Source: an uncultured Alistipes sp.
GTDB lineage: Bacteria > Bacteroidota > Bacteroidia > Bacteroidales > Rikenellaceae
NCBI GenBank assembly: GCA_944321185.1
Contig: CALUKH010000001.1
Coordinates: 54,896-118,895 of the forward strand
Direction: 5' to 3'
DNA: 64,000 nt
Both the position numbers and the translations under genes were made by a program. Shown piece by piece: positions 28,707 to 38,244 of the stretch. Each line of letters opens with the position of its first letter. Position 1 is the stretch's first letter. The notes under the pieces are model-generated. The model was not told the DNA's origin and did no database searches. It saw only the letters and a program-made list of their open reading frames with translations.

Positions 28707-28754
28707 AAAGATTGTTACAAATCTTTGCAATTACCGGAAATAATTTTAACTTTG
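28707..28754 (+). promoter_or_regulatory. Canonical -33/-7 promoter with an overlapping inverted repeat
   Basis: TTTG (28724-27)-19 nt-TAACTTTG (28747-54); AAAGATT-gttaca-AATCTTT at 28707-28726. Confidence 0.75.
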
Positions 28755-28845
28755 GGGCGAGATAGCTTGAATAAACGGCTTATATTTTAAAATTTAAAAA
28801 AAAATCTTGTTGACAACACTTTCTATTTTTACTAAACAAATCATT

Positions 28846-31167
28846 ATGAAAAGAGTGAATTTCTGGAAGACATTGTTCCTCTCGGCATTGACCGTTGCGG
28901 CCTTTACGGGATGTTCGAACGATGATTCGGATGAAGGCGGCGTGATGCCGTCGATCACGGTGAACGGCAAAAGCTCGACGACGCTTTCCGTAGATCTCGC
29001 AGGAGGTACGACGGAGGCTGTCGAGATCGTATCGTCGGGCGCCTGGACGCTGACCGTCGAGGGCGAGAACGGTGCTGCCGTTGCAGACTGCGTGCCCATG
29101 CCGGCTTCGGGAAGCGCCGGCACCACGTCGGTGACCTTCGACGTGGCCGAGGCTACGGCTGCCCGCAGCTACAAGGTGACGGTGACCACGTCGGGAACGA
29201 TCCCGGGCGTAGGCATTACGGCCGACGTGTCGGCAACGATCAATATCGAGCAGACCGACAGTTATGTGCCGACGACCGACGCTCTCTACTCGGAGAACTG
29301 CGGTACGACGGTCGAGAAGGATGGAACCTATTGGCCTTATGTGGACAAGTTTACGGGTTGGACGCGCGGCGGAACGCTCGATCAGTCGGGTGTGACCTAT
29401 GGCGGCAGCAGCGCATCGGTTCGCAACAGCGGCAAGGATTATGATCCGACCGACGACGAAAAGGCCGAGGTTTCGGGCTATCCCTATGCCTATATGAACA
29501 GCACGGCCAATTTCGACATCAACGGCATCAATGTCGGCACGAACTCGAACTTCACCTTCACGTTCACGGCTCTGAGCACCGTATCGACGTTGAGCGAGTC
29601 GCCCTACACGCCGACGTTCGGCGATGTTACGGCTTCGACGCTGAAGTTCTCGGTCAGCCCCGACGGCGGTACGTCGTGGATGCCTGTCGAGCTGACGACC
29701 AAGAAGCTCGGCACGGGATCGTGGTACCTCTGCACGGCGATGTTCAAACTGCCTGCCGGTGTTTCGACGGACAAGATTTCGGTCCGTTTCAGCAACTATA
29801 CGGGTGGTGCATCGCTGCGTCTGGACGACTTCAAGCTCTATGAGGGCGGTGACGGTACTGAATTGACCCCGGAGGTCCCCACCCAGGGTACCATCTCGCA
29901 GGTTACCGAGGCCGGTGCGACCTATACGATCGAGGGTGCTACGGTTGTAGGTACCTACAAGCAGGGCTTCGTCATGCAGGACGCAACGGGTGCCATCCTC
30001 GTTTACATGGGTTATGACGCTGACGCATCGAAGATTCCGGCCGAAGGCAGCACGGTTAGCGTGTCGGGTAAGGCTTCGATGTATGGAGGCGCTCTTCAGC
30101 TCGCGGAACCCACTGTCATTTCGACGGTTGCCGGTACGATGCCGACGCTGACTCCGACGGAGGTTACCGCCGACAACATTGCCGGCATGATGACTGCTCC
30201 CGAGGTTACGTATGTAAAGATGACGGGTACGCTGTCGGCCGGGAACTATGTCAATGTCGAGTTCCTGTTCGAGTCCGACTATACGGGATCGATTTCGTCG
30301 CCGAATGATGATCTGAATGTATCGTCGCTCGATGGCAAGGTGGTCGATGTTGAGGGCTGGTTCGTGAACAACGGATCGTCGAACAACAACGGCAAGTACT
30401 TCACGGTTGTAGCCCGCAAGGTGACGGAGAATGCATCGGTGGCAAGCGGCAGCTTCACGAAGCAGCCTGAAACCTTCGCAGCTACCGATCCGCAGGTTCA
30501 GACGCTGACCTACGAGGCCAACGCCGCAGCCGGAAACGTAACGTTCGATATCACGGGTGCAGATGCCGACAAGTTCTCGGTAACTCCGAAGACGGGGTCG
30601 GTTGAGGTATCGGCCAAGGGTGACAATACGAGTGATGCAGCCTATACGGCCACGCTCGAGATGAAGGCCGCAGACGGTACGGTTCTGGCCCAGGTGACGC
30701 TGAGGCAGTCCATGAAATCGACTGGTGATGAAGGTTCTGCCTATACCTGGACGCTAGCTTCCGGAGTATTCAAGACTACAGCCGGTGTCGCCGAAAATTG
30801 CGGTACTCCTGCAATGAACTGGAATTATCCTGACGCTACCTATATCGGATGGGATTCACAGAATGGCAAGGGTGTTCAGATTGGATCTGGCAGCAAACCG
30901 GTGGGATCATATGCTGTAACGACCTCCGATTATACGGGTTCGGTAGTTAAGATTGTAGTCAACGCGGCCATTGCAAGTGGTGGAGATGGTAAGTTGACCG
31001 TAAAAGTTGGTGGAACTCAGATTGGAGAGACCCAGACTTTGGTCCTCGAAGCTACTGACTATACGTTTACGGCGTCATCGCCGGTTTCGGGTGAGATCTC
31101 GATCGAACTGACGAATTCGGTGAAAGCAATGTATCTTAAATCGATTGCCATCAATCCGGCAGAGTAG
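28846..31167 (+). CDS. Multidomain surface lipoprotein (BACON-like N-terminus, OB-fold-like middle, beta-sandwich C-terminus)
   Basis: Lipobox FTGC followed by acidic SNDDSDE; SSGAWTL BACON-like segment; GFVMQDATGAILVY resembling OB modules of extracellular nucleases. Confidence 0.72.
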   Translation: MKRVNFWKTLFLSALTVAAFTGCSNDDSDEGGVMPSITVNGKSSTTLSVDLAGGTTEAVEIVSSGAWTLTVEGENGAAVADCVPMPASGSAGTTSVTFDVAEATAARSYKVTVTTSGTIPGVGITADVSATINIEQTDSYVPTTDALYSENCGTTVEKDGTYWPYVDKFTGWTRGGTLDQSGVTYGGSSASVRNSGKDYDPTDDEKAEVSGYPYAYMNSTANFDINGINVGTNSNFTFTFTALSTVSTLSESPYTPTFGDVTASTLKFSVSPDGGTSWMPVELTTKKLGTGSWYLCTAMFKLPAGVSTDKISVRFSNYTGGASLRLDDFKLYEGGDGTELTPEVPTQGTISQVTEAGATYTIEGATVVGTYKQGFVMQDATGAILVYMGYDADASKIPAEGSTVSVSGKASMYGGALQLAEPTVISTVAGTMPTLTPTEVTADNIAGMMTAPEVTYVKMTGTLSAGNYVNVEFLFESDYTGSISSPNDDLNVSSLDGKVVDVEGWFVNNGSSNNNGKYFTVVARKVTENASVASGSFTKQPETFAATDPQVQTLTYEANAAAGNVTFDITGADADKFSVTPKTGSVEVSAKGDNTSDAAYTATLEMKAADGTVLAQVTLRQSMKSTGDEGSAYTWTLASGVFKTTAGVAENCGTPAMNWNYPDATYIGWDSQNGKGVQIGSGSKPVGSYAVTTSDYTGSVVKIVVNAAIASGGDGKLTVKVGGTQIGETQTLVLEATDYTFTASSPVSGEISIELTNSVKAMYLKSIAINPAE

Positions 31168-31191
31168 TTTCAGTCGAGGAAACCGACTTAT

Positions 31192-31245
31192 AAACCAACC
31201 ACTCTTGGCGGGGTATTTACGGATGCCCCGTCAAGAGTTTGGTTT
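31192..31245 (+). terminator. Long intra-operon hairpin (terminator/attenuator or stabilising stem)
   Basis: actcttggcggggtat-ttacgg-atgccccgtcaagagt, extended by aaacca/tggttt. Confidence 0.65.
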
Positions 31246-31285
31246 CTAAAAACCGATCTCAGGATCTTATTTCTATTTTTTCTGA

Positions 31286-32533
31286 ATGTTGTCTGATGTT
31301 TTCAAGAAGACAGGCTTGTCCGGCGTGATGCTCTGCGCAATGCTTGTCCTTTTCTCGGGATGCAGCAAGGACGAGGACGATACTCCCTCTTCGGCGTCGC
31401 TCGCCGCTTCGACCGTGAATTGTAACGCTACATCGAATCGAATCATCACCCGCGGGGCGGTCGGATCCGCCTATGCAGCGACGATCGCTTTTGCCGACGG
31501 CGTGCAGTGGTGTTCGTTCGAATCCAATACCACGGTGGCTTCCGGTGTCGTGGGGCAGGATCTGCTCCTGACCCTCGAGGAGAATACCTCCGAGAGGTAC
31601 CGCACGGCCGAGATCACCGTAACCTTTGCCAACGGTTATTCCACCGTCCTGCAAATGTGGCAGATGCCTGCCGCCTCCGCTTCGGAGCAGAATTACCAGC
31701 GCTCCTGGGGCGAGCAGCCCGCCTATCGCCAGGGCAACAATTATATCTACAAAACCTACTACACGACGCTCACCTCCACGAGCAAATACCTCACCGGAGG
31801 CGTGCGCCGCAACTACTCGATCTGCTTCGATGCGGCCAATCGCGTGTCGCTGTGGGTGGCCTACCCGCTGCACGGATGCTATACGACGCCCTATGCCGGG
31901 CGGTCGAATGCCTGGTCCTACGATCCGAACGTGCAGCTGCCCGTGATCGAACAGTCGCAGCAGGCCAATGTCGTTTCCACCTACGGCACGGGCGATGCCC
32001 GCGGCCACCAGTGCCCCTCGGCCGACCGCTACAATACGACGGCCACCAACGAGATGACCTTCTACGCCACGAACATCATGCCGCAGAACTACGATTTCAA
32101 CGGCGGCAGCTGGGTGCGGCTCGAGAACATGATCCGCAACTGGGCCCCGACGAGTGTGACCACGATGCGCTACGATACGCTCTTCGTCGTGACGGGCGCC
32201 CACCTTACGGGCCGTACGATCACCGACCGGAGCGGGAAGAAGGTCGGCTATCCGTCGCAGTGCTGGAAGGTGCTCCTCAAGCAGAAGCGCGGACTGAACG
32301 AAAACCGGCAGATCTGGGAGTTCTCGGCCGACGAACTGCAGGCCATCGGGTTCATCTTCGACAATGCGACGTCGAGTGCCGATGTGAAGCTGCTCGATGC
32401 GGCCTGTTCGGTCGAGGAGGTCGAACGCCTGACGGGCTTCACGTTCTTCGACAACCTCGATCCCGCGGTGGCGGCCGAGGTCAAGAGCCGCGAACCCGAC
32501 GTGACGCAGTGGCCCGGACTGGCCATCAACTGA
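31286..32533 (+). CDS. DNA/RNA non-specific endonuclease (His-Me finger, NucA/EndA-type) lipoprotein
   Basis: Lipobox FSGC-SKDEDD; RNYSICFD, WVAYPL, DARGHQCPSAD (DRGH motif), TFYATNIMPQ, FNGGSWVRLE, VEEVERLTGFTFF. Confidence 0.92.
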   Translation: MLSDVFKKTGLSGVMLCAMLVLFSGCSKDEDDTPSSASLAASTVNCNATSNRIITRGAVGSAYAATIAFADGVQWCSFESNTTVASGVVGQDLLLTLEENTSERYRTAEITVTFANGYSTVLQMWQMPAASASEQNYQRSWGEQPAYRQGNNYIYKTYYTTLTSTSKYLTGGVRRNYSICFDAANRVSLWVAYPLHGCYTTPYAGRSNAWSYDPNVQLPVIEQSQQANVVSTYGTGDARGHQCPSADRYNTTATNEMTFYATNIMPQNYDFNGGSWVRLENMIRNWAPTSVTTMRYDTLFVVTGAHLTGRTITDRSGKKVGYPSQCWKVLLKQKRGLNENRQIWEFSADELQAIGFIFDNATSSADVKLLDAACSVEEVERLTGFTFFDNLDPAVAAEVKSREPDVTQWPGLAIN

Positions 32534-32573
32534 CAGACCTAAAAGTACAAAGTTTACTTAACTGCACAACCTT

Positions 32574-33608
32574 ATGAAGAAAATCCTTTTGACAGGACTG
32601 TTTGCCGCGCTGATTGTCGTGGCGTGCTTTGCGCAGAAGCCCTATAAAGTGGTCTTCTACAACTTCGAGAACCTGTTCGACACGATCAACGATCCCGGCG
32701 TGAATGACGAGGAGTTTACGCCCGAGGGGCCCAAACAGTGGAATACGATCAAGTACGAGAAGAAACTCGGCAATCTGGATCGCGTGCTGTTCGACATTGC
32801 GGCCGAGGACAAGGATTTCCCGGTGGTGATCGGCGTTTCGGAGATCGAGAACCGCTCGGTGATGGAGGATGTCATCGCCCAGCCCAAACTGGCTCATGCC
32901 AACTACCGTATCGTGCATTTCGATTCGCCCGATGCGCGCGGCGTGGATGTGGCGTTCTTCTACCGTCCGGATGTCTTCAAGCTGGAGGGGAGTGCTCCGC
33001 ACCGCTTCGTGATGCCGGGGATGCCCGATTTCAAGACGCGCGATTTCGTGACGATGTGGGGCACGATCGAGGGCGAACCGTTCTTCTTCGTGGTCAACCA
33101 CTGGCCGTCGCGTCTGGGCGGCAAGGAGGCCTCGTCGCCCAAGCGGGAGGAGGCTGCCCGTCAGGTGAAGCACATCATCGATTCGGTGATGGCGAAGAAT
33201 CCCGCCACGAAGGTGGTGGTGATGGGCGACCTGAACGACGATGCCACGGACCGCAGCGTGGTCGAGTGCCTGCAGGCCAAGGGCAAGATCAAGGAGGTCC
33301 ACAAGGGCGAGATGTTCAATCCGTTCATCGCGCTGCTGAAGGCCGGTTACGGCACGCTGGCCTATCGCGACGAGTGGAACCTGTTCGACAATATCATCGT
33401 ATCGGAGAATCTGGCCACGGGCTCGACCGGAGAACTGAAGATTCAGCCCGTTCGCGAGTCGAAGTTCTACGGCGGGATTTTCCGTCGTCCCTACATGTTG
33501 CAGAAGGAGGGCCAGTACAAGGGTTATCCGCTGCGTACGTTCGTCGGAAACGACTTCCAGGGAGGCTTCAGCGACCACTTCCCCGTCTATATCTACATCG
33601 GCAAATAA
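32574..33608 (+). CDS. Endonuclease/exonuclease/phosphatase (EEP) family secreted protein
   Basis: Signal peptide; FYNFENLFD, SEIEN, DARGVDVA, NHWPSR, MGDLND, FDNII, FSDHFPV. Confidence 0.92.
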   Translation: MKKILLTGLFAALIVVACFAQKPYKVVFYNFENLFDTINDPGVNDEEFTPEGPKQWNTIKYEKKLGNLDRVLFDIAAEDKDFPVVIGVSEIENRSVMEDVIAQPKLAHANYRIVHFDSPDARGVDVAFFYRPDVFKLEGSAPHRFVMPGMPDFKTRDFVTMWGTIEGEPFFFVVNHWPSRLGGKEASSPKREEAARQVKHIIDSVMAKNPATKVVVMGDLNDDATDRSVVECLQAKGKIKEVHKGEMFNPFIALLKAGYGTLAYRDEWNLFDNIIVSENLATGSTGELKIQPVRESKFYGGIFRRPYMLQKEGQYKGYPLRTFVGNDFQGGFSDHFPVYIYIGK

Positions 33609-33626
33609 CACGCTAACAATAATTGT

Positions 33627-36470
33627 ATGAAACTGAAAGCTCTACTTTTTCTGATGCTTGCCACCGTGGGCCTGGCGGCCTACGCGCAGGACGGCGGCAT
33701 CCGCGGCAAGGTGGTTTCGCGCAACGGGCGCGTGGCCCTGAGCAACGTCGAGGTGACGATCGAGTCGCTGGGCGTGAAGGTCACCACCGACAACGACGGC
33801 CGTTTCCAGATGGAGAACCTTCCGGCCGGCAGCTACCGGCTGCAATTCACGACCCCGGATTTCGAGCCGCTGGAGCTGCTGGTCCGTGTGGGCACGGAGC
33901 ATGTGCAGGATCTCAAGCAGGTGATTCTGGTTCCGGGCGGTCCGACGGCCGATGCCTTCTTCGATGACGCGATCTTCGCGGAGTACGACACCGATTCGTC
34001 GGCTTCGGATTCGCAGGCGCTTCCGTCGTCGCTCTCGGCCTCGAAGGATCTGTTCAACAACATCGCCTCGTACCGCTTCAGCGAGATGCGCTTCAACGTA
34101 CGCGGCTACGATTCGCAGTTCTCGGACATCTATCTGAACGGCATCCGCATGAACGACGCCATGACGGGCTACGGCCCGTGGTCGCTGTGGAGCGGTCTGA
34201 ACGACGCCACGCGCAACCAGGAGAACCACACGGGTCTCGAGATGGCCGACTTCGGCATCGGCGGCATCGGCGGTCTGACGAACGTCAACGCCCGTGCCTC
34301 GCAGTTCCGCAAGGGCTTCCGCGTGAGCGTTTCGAACGGCAACCAGATGTACCGCTTCCGGGCGATGATCTCCTACGGATCGGGTCAGCTGGACAACGGC
34401 TGGTCGTATGCCTTCTCCGTGGGCACGCGTCAGGGCGGCAACGGATACGTCGACGGGGTCTACTACAACTCCTATGCCTATTTCGCTTCGGTCGAGAAGC
34501 TCTTCGGCGACAACCATCGCCTGGCCTTCACCTTCCTGGCATCGCCCGCCGAGCGCGGTGCGCAGCAGGCATCGACCGACGAGGCCTATGCCCTGTTCGG
34601 CAACAACTACTACAACCCCAACGTGGGTTACCAGGCGGGCAAGCTGCGCAACTCGCGTGTGCGCAACACCCACGAGCCGATCGCCATGCTCAACTACACG
34701 TGGGATATCACGGAGAATACGCGTCTGAATGCGGCCACGTCGCTGCGTTTCGGCAAGAACGGCTATTCGGCGCTGACGTGGAACGGCGGTTCGGACCCGC
34801 GCGGTGACTACTACCGTTACATGCCGAAGTCGGATCTGACGCAGGTGGTGCCCGGCACGACCACGCCGCAGACCTATTACTATTACCTGCAGAGCGCCAT
34901 CCAGGGGGCTCAGGCTTGGGACGGCATGCTGCAGTTCGACGACTTCTTCCACATGAACCAGTACGTCGATACGGAGCTCACGGATCTGATGGGCGACAGC
35001 CGCCGCTCGAACTACATGATCGAGGAGCGTCACACCGACCAGCTGGACTACAACCTGGCGCTGAACGTGCAGCACAACATGCGCAACAATATGAAGATCG
35101 TCGGCGGCGTGAATCTGCGCGTCAACCGCACGAACTACTACTCGCAGGTCAAGGATCTGCTGGGCGGCGACTACTGGTACGATATCGACAAGTTCGCCGA
35201 GCGTGACATGGCCAGCGAAACGGCCTACCAGAACGATCTGGACTACTACTGGGCCACGGGTCATGCCCGCATTGCCCACGTGGGTGACAAGTACGGCTAC
35301 TACTATCGTGCACACCTGCAGGAGACCGATGCCTGGGCCAACTATTCGTGGGCCGTGGGCGGCTTCTCGCTGGGCGTGGCCGGTTCGGTGGGCTATTCGG
35401 AGATGTACCGCGAGGGTATGTGGCGCAAGGGCCTCTTCCCCGACAACTCGAAGGGCGACTCGAAGAAGCTCGACTACCTGACCTATGAGGGCAAACTCTC
35501 GCTGGGCTACAAGTTCTCGGGCGCCCACTCGCTGGAGGCCAATGCGGTCATCCTGCAGCAGGCTCCGAAATTCAATACGGCGTTCGTCTCGCCGCGTACG
35601 CGCAACAACGTCACGCCGGGTCTGAAGGCCGAGAAGATCTTCGGCGTCGATCTGACCTACAACCTCAATCTGCCCTACATCAAGGCCCGCCTGTCGGGAT
35701 ACTACACGACGATCCAGGACCAGGCCAAGGTGATCTCGTTCTACGACGATACGCGCAGTTCGTTCACGAACTTTGCGATGAGCGGCATCGACAAGCGCCA
35801 CTACGGCGTCGAACTGGGCCTCTCGATTCCGGTCTGGAACGGTATCTCGGTGGTGGGCGCCCTGAGCTGGGGTGACTACACCTACACGTCGAACGCCGAC
35901 TTCGTGCAGACGGTGGACAACGTCGACCGGATCGTGCTGCGCGACAAGGTCAATTGGAAGGGCTACCACGTCGAGAGTACGCCTCAGACGGCCATCAACG
36001 TGGGTCTGGACTACCGCGGCGCCCGCAACTGGTTCGCCGGCGTGAACCTGAACTACTACGACCGTCTCTACCTGTCGATGAACCCCTTCTACCGCACCAA
36101 CACGGCCTCGGAATACTTCACCAACCTGATCATGACGGAGCTCACGGAGCCCGAACCCGACTATACGACCATCGGCGAGGCGCTGGCCTCGATCGAGGAT
36201 CTGCGCCATCAGGAGGAGTTCGGCGGTTACTTCACGCTGAGCGCCAACGTGGGCAAGAACTGGTACATCGGCCGCTACATGCTGGGCATGAGCCTCGAGG
36301 TGAAGAACATTCTCAACAATCAGGATATCCGCACGGGCGGTTACGAGCAGATGCGCATGAGCAAGGTTCGTGCGGCCAATACGGGCGATTATGTCTTCGG
36401 ACGGTTCCCGTCGAAGTACTTCTACATGCTGGGTACGACCTACTTCCTGAACGTCTATTTACGATTCTAA
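33627..36470 (+). CDS. TonB-dependent outer membrane transporter (non-SusC type)
   Basis: Signal peptide, carboxypeptidase-regulatory-like N-domain, plug (FNVRGYDS..IYLNGI), beta-barrel ending in F. Confidence 0.88.
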   Translation: MKLKALLFLMLATVGLAAYAQDGGIRGKVVSRNGRVALSNVEVTIESLGVKVTTDNDGRFQMENLPAGSYRLQFTTPDFEPLELLVRVGTEHVQDLKQVILVPGGPTADAFFDDAIFAEYDTDSSASDSQALPSSLSASKDLFNNIASYRFSEMRFNVRGYDSQFSDIYLNGIRMNDAMTGYGPWSLWSGLNDATRNQENHTGLEMADFGIGGIGGLTNVNARASQFRKGFRVSVSNGNQMYRFRAMISYGSGQLDNGWSYAFSVGTRQGGNGYVDGVYYNSYAYFASVEKLFGDNHRLAFTFLASPAERGAQQASTDEAYALFGNNYYNPNVGYQAGKLRNSRVRNTHEPIAMLNYTWDITENTRLNAATSLRFGKNGYSALTWNGGSDPRGDYYRYMPKSDLTQVVPGTTTPQTYYYYLQSAIQGAQAWDGMLQFDDFFHMNQYVDTELTDLMGDSRRSNYMIEERHTDQLDYNLALNVQHNMRNNMKIVGGVNLRVNRTNYYSQVKDLLGGDYWYDIDKFAERDMASETAYQNDLDYYWATGHARIAHVGDKYGYYYRAHLQETDAWANYSWAVGGFSLGVAGSVGYSEMYREGMWRKGLFPDNSKGDSKKLDYLTYEGKLSLGYKFSGAHSLEANAVILQQAPKFNTAFVSPRTRNNVTPGLKAEKIFGVDLTYNLNLPYIKARLSGYYTTIQDQAKVISFYDDTRSSFTNFAMSGIDKRHYGVELGLSIPVWNGISVVGALSWGDYTYTSNADFVQTVDNVDRIVLRDKVNWKGYHVESTPQTAINVGLDYRGARNWFAGVNLNYYDRLYLSMNPFYRTNTASEYFTNLIMTELTEPEPDYTTIGEALASIEDLRHQEEFGGYFTLSANVGKNWYIGRYMLGMSLEVKNILNNQDIRTGGYEQMRMSKVRAANTGDYVFGRFPSKYFYMLGTTYFLNVYLRF

Positions 36471-36491
36471 CAACCGAGAAGGACACACATT

Positions 36492-37754
36492 ATGAAAAGT
36501 CTTAAAATAGCAATTGCGGTTCTTGTCGGCGTGATGGCCGCGGGCTGCTACAACGATTTCGAAACGCCGGCGCCCCGGAAGCTCTACACCGATGCGGACA
36601 TGACGGCGCAGGGGCTCGAACAGGTGTCGATCAAGGAGGTCAAGGGCTGGTTCGAGTCGGCCTTCGGGAGCATTTCGGGCACCGGAACCAACGACAACTG
36701 GAAGACGACCAATACGCTGAAATTCGGCGAGCTGCGTCCCGAAGAGGAGGAGTTCGAAGGGCTGAAGGGCTGGCCCGATGCCGCCAACAAGTACATCAAG
36801 GGCAAGGTCATCAGCAGCGACCGTCAGGGTAACATCTACAAGTCGCTGTTCATCGACGACGGTACGGCCGGCATCGAGCTGAAGCTCTACAACGGTCTCT
36901 ATCTGGACTATTATCTCAACCTGGCCACGATGGAGAGCCAGTGGGTGTACGTGCGTCTGGACGGGCTCTTCCTGGGCAACTACCGGATGATGCTCTCGAT
37001 CGGCGACGCCCCGTCGGATTCGAACAACGCCTCGGGCCGCCACAAGTACTACGCCAACTCGAACCTCGACAATCCGAACATCGCCAAGAAGTATGTCTTC
37101 CCGGGCGAGAAGACGATGCTCGATTCGTCGAACATCACCGAGGTGGATCCTCAGACCTATACGTCGCTGAGCAAGGATCACTTCGGACGTCTGGTGCGTT
37201 TCAAGGATGTGAAGGTGCGCTATGCGGGTGTTCCGAACCAGGATCACGTGGTCAAGGATGCGATGAAGAACGGTGGCAATACGAACATCTATCCGTCGTG
37301 GATCGTCACCGATACGGGTATTCCGCAGAACGCTCCGTGGTACTACATGGCCTACAACATCGAGAATATCCGTCTTTACGGATCGCTGCTGATTTCGTAC
37401 AACGATGCGGCCGAGTATACGTCGGATCCGGGCATCTATTCGGTTCGTACGAGCGGATATTCGCAGTTTGCGATGCGTCCCGTGCCGAAAGATGGTGCCG
37501 TGGGTACGGTGCTGGGCATCTACGCGATCTACTCGAAGCAGAGTACCTTCACGGGCGGCGAGAACGACTGGGCGCAGTATCAGATTTCGATCAGCCGGAT
37601 CGAGGATCTGGACTTCAACGAGGAGGATCTGCTGACGGAGGCCGAGGCCGATGCACTGGCTCAATGGGCTTTCGATAACTCGTACTCGACGTATGATCCG
37701 TTCGATCCTCCCGTGAAATACGATCCTATGGGAGGCATGGAGGGGGGCGAGTAG
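36492..37754 (+). CDS. DUF5689-like lipoprotein
   Basis: Lipobox AAGC-YNDFE; IKGKVISSDRQGNIYKSLFIDDGTAGIEL; VRTSGYSQFA. Confidence 0.78.
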   Translation: MKSLKIAIAVLVGVMAAGCYNDFETPAPRKLYTDADMTAQGLEQVSIKEVKGWFESAFGSISGTGTNDNWKTTNTLKFGELRPEEEEFEGLKGWPDAANKYIKGKVISSDRQGNIYKSLFIDDGTAGIELKLYNGLYLDYYLNLATMESQWVYVRLDGLFLGNYRMMLSIGDAPSDSNNASGRHKYYANSNLDNPNIAKKYVFPGEKTMLDSSNITEVDPQTYTSLSKDHFGRLVRFKDVKVRYAGVPNQDHVVKDAMKNGGNTNIYPSWIVTDTGIPQNAPWYYMAYNIENIRLYGSLLISYNDAAEYTSDPGIYSVRTSGYSQFAMRPVPKDGAVGTVLGIYAIYSKQSTFTGGENDWAQYQISISRIEDLDFNEEDLLTEAEADALAQWAFDNSYSTYDPFDPPVKYDPMGGMEGGE

Positions 37755-37773
37755 CTGATTCCCTTCCTCAGAT

Positions 37774-37817
37774 GACAGGAGAGCGGTCCGGAACATTCCG
37801 GGCCGCTCTCTTTTGTC
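37774..37817 (+). terminator. Intrinsic terminator closing the nuclease-TBDT operon
   Basis: gagagcggtccggaa-ca-ttccgggccgctctc-tttt. Confidence 0.88.
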
Positions 37818-38175
37818 TCCACGAGGGTGTATTGGTTTCCGGGTGTTGGGGGCCGTCAGGGTGTGGAGGGGATTTTGAGACCTTGTCAAACGGCAAGCGG
37901 GTGTTGGCCTGTCGGCGGCTTCTCCGTGTTCAGACAGTCGGCCGGTTTGTGGCTCGTTTGGAGCAGTCTCCCCGTGTTCGGCCGGAACTGGTCTCCGGAG
38001 GGCCGGGATCTGCGTTCCGTTTGATGGGCTCCAACAGGGTGTTTCCCGACTGGCCGGACGATCTGTTGTGTCCTTTGGATGACCGCTTCCCGACGCCGGG
38101 CAATGTATCGCCCCTCCTGTCAGGCCCTTCCGGCCGGATTCTCTTCTTTCGGGCTGTTTCGACTGAATACCCGCC

Positions 38176-38213
38176 AAACAAGAAGGGTCGGGACCTGTCT
38201 GGTCCCGACCCTT
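38176..38213 (-). terminator. Intrinsic terminator of M16 peptidase gene
   Basis: aagggtcgggacc-tgtct-ggtcccgaccctt with T-rich tail on the minus strand. Confidence 0.8.
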
Positions 38214-38244
38214 GCCGTTGCAAAGATCTTCGACGTACGAAGCT

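Noticed and set aside
28846-37754. Nuclease operon as an anti-phage defence or toxin-immunity system
   Set aside because: All five proteins carry export signals and include an importer; no cytoplasmic effector, immunity gene or mobile-element context
37818-38175. ~350-bp region between two terminators as a possible sRNA or MITE
   Set aside because: No promoter consensus, terminal inverted repeats or convincing ORF recognised by eye
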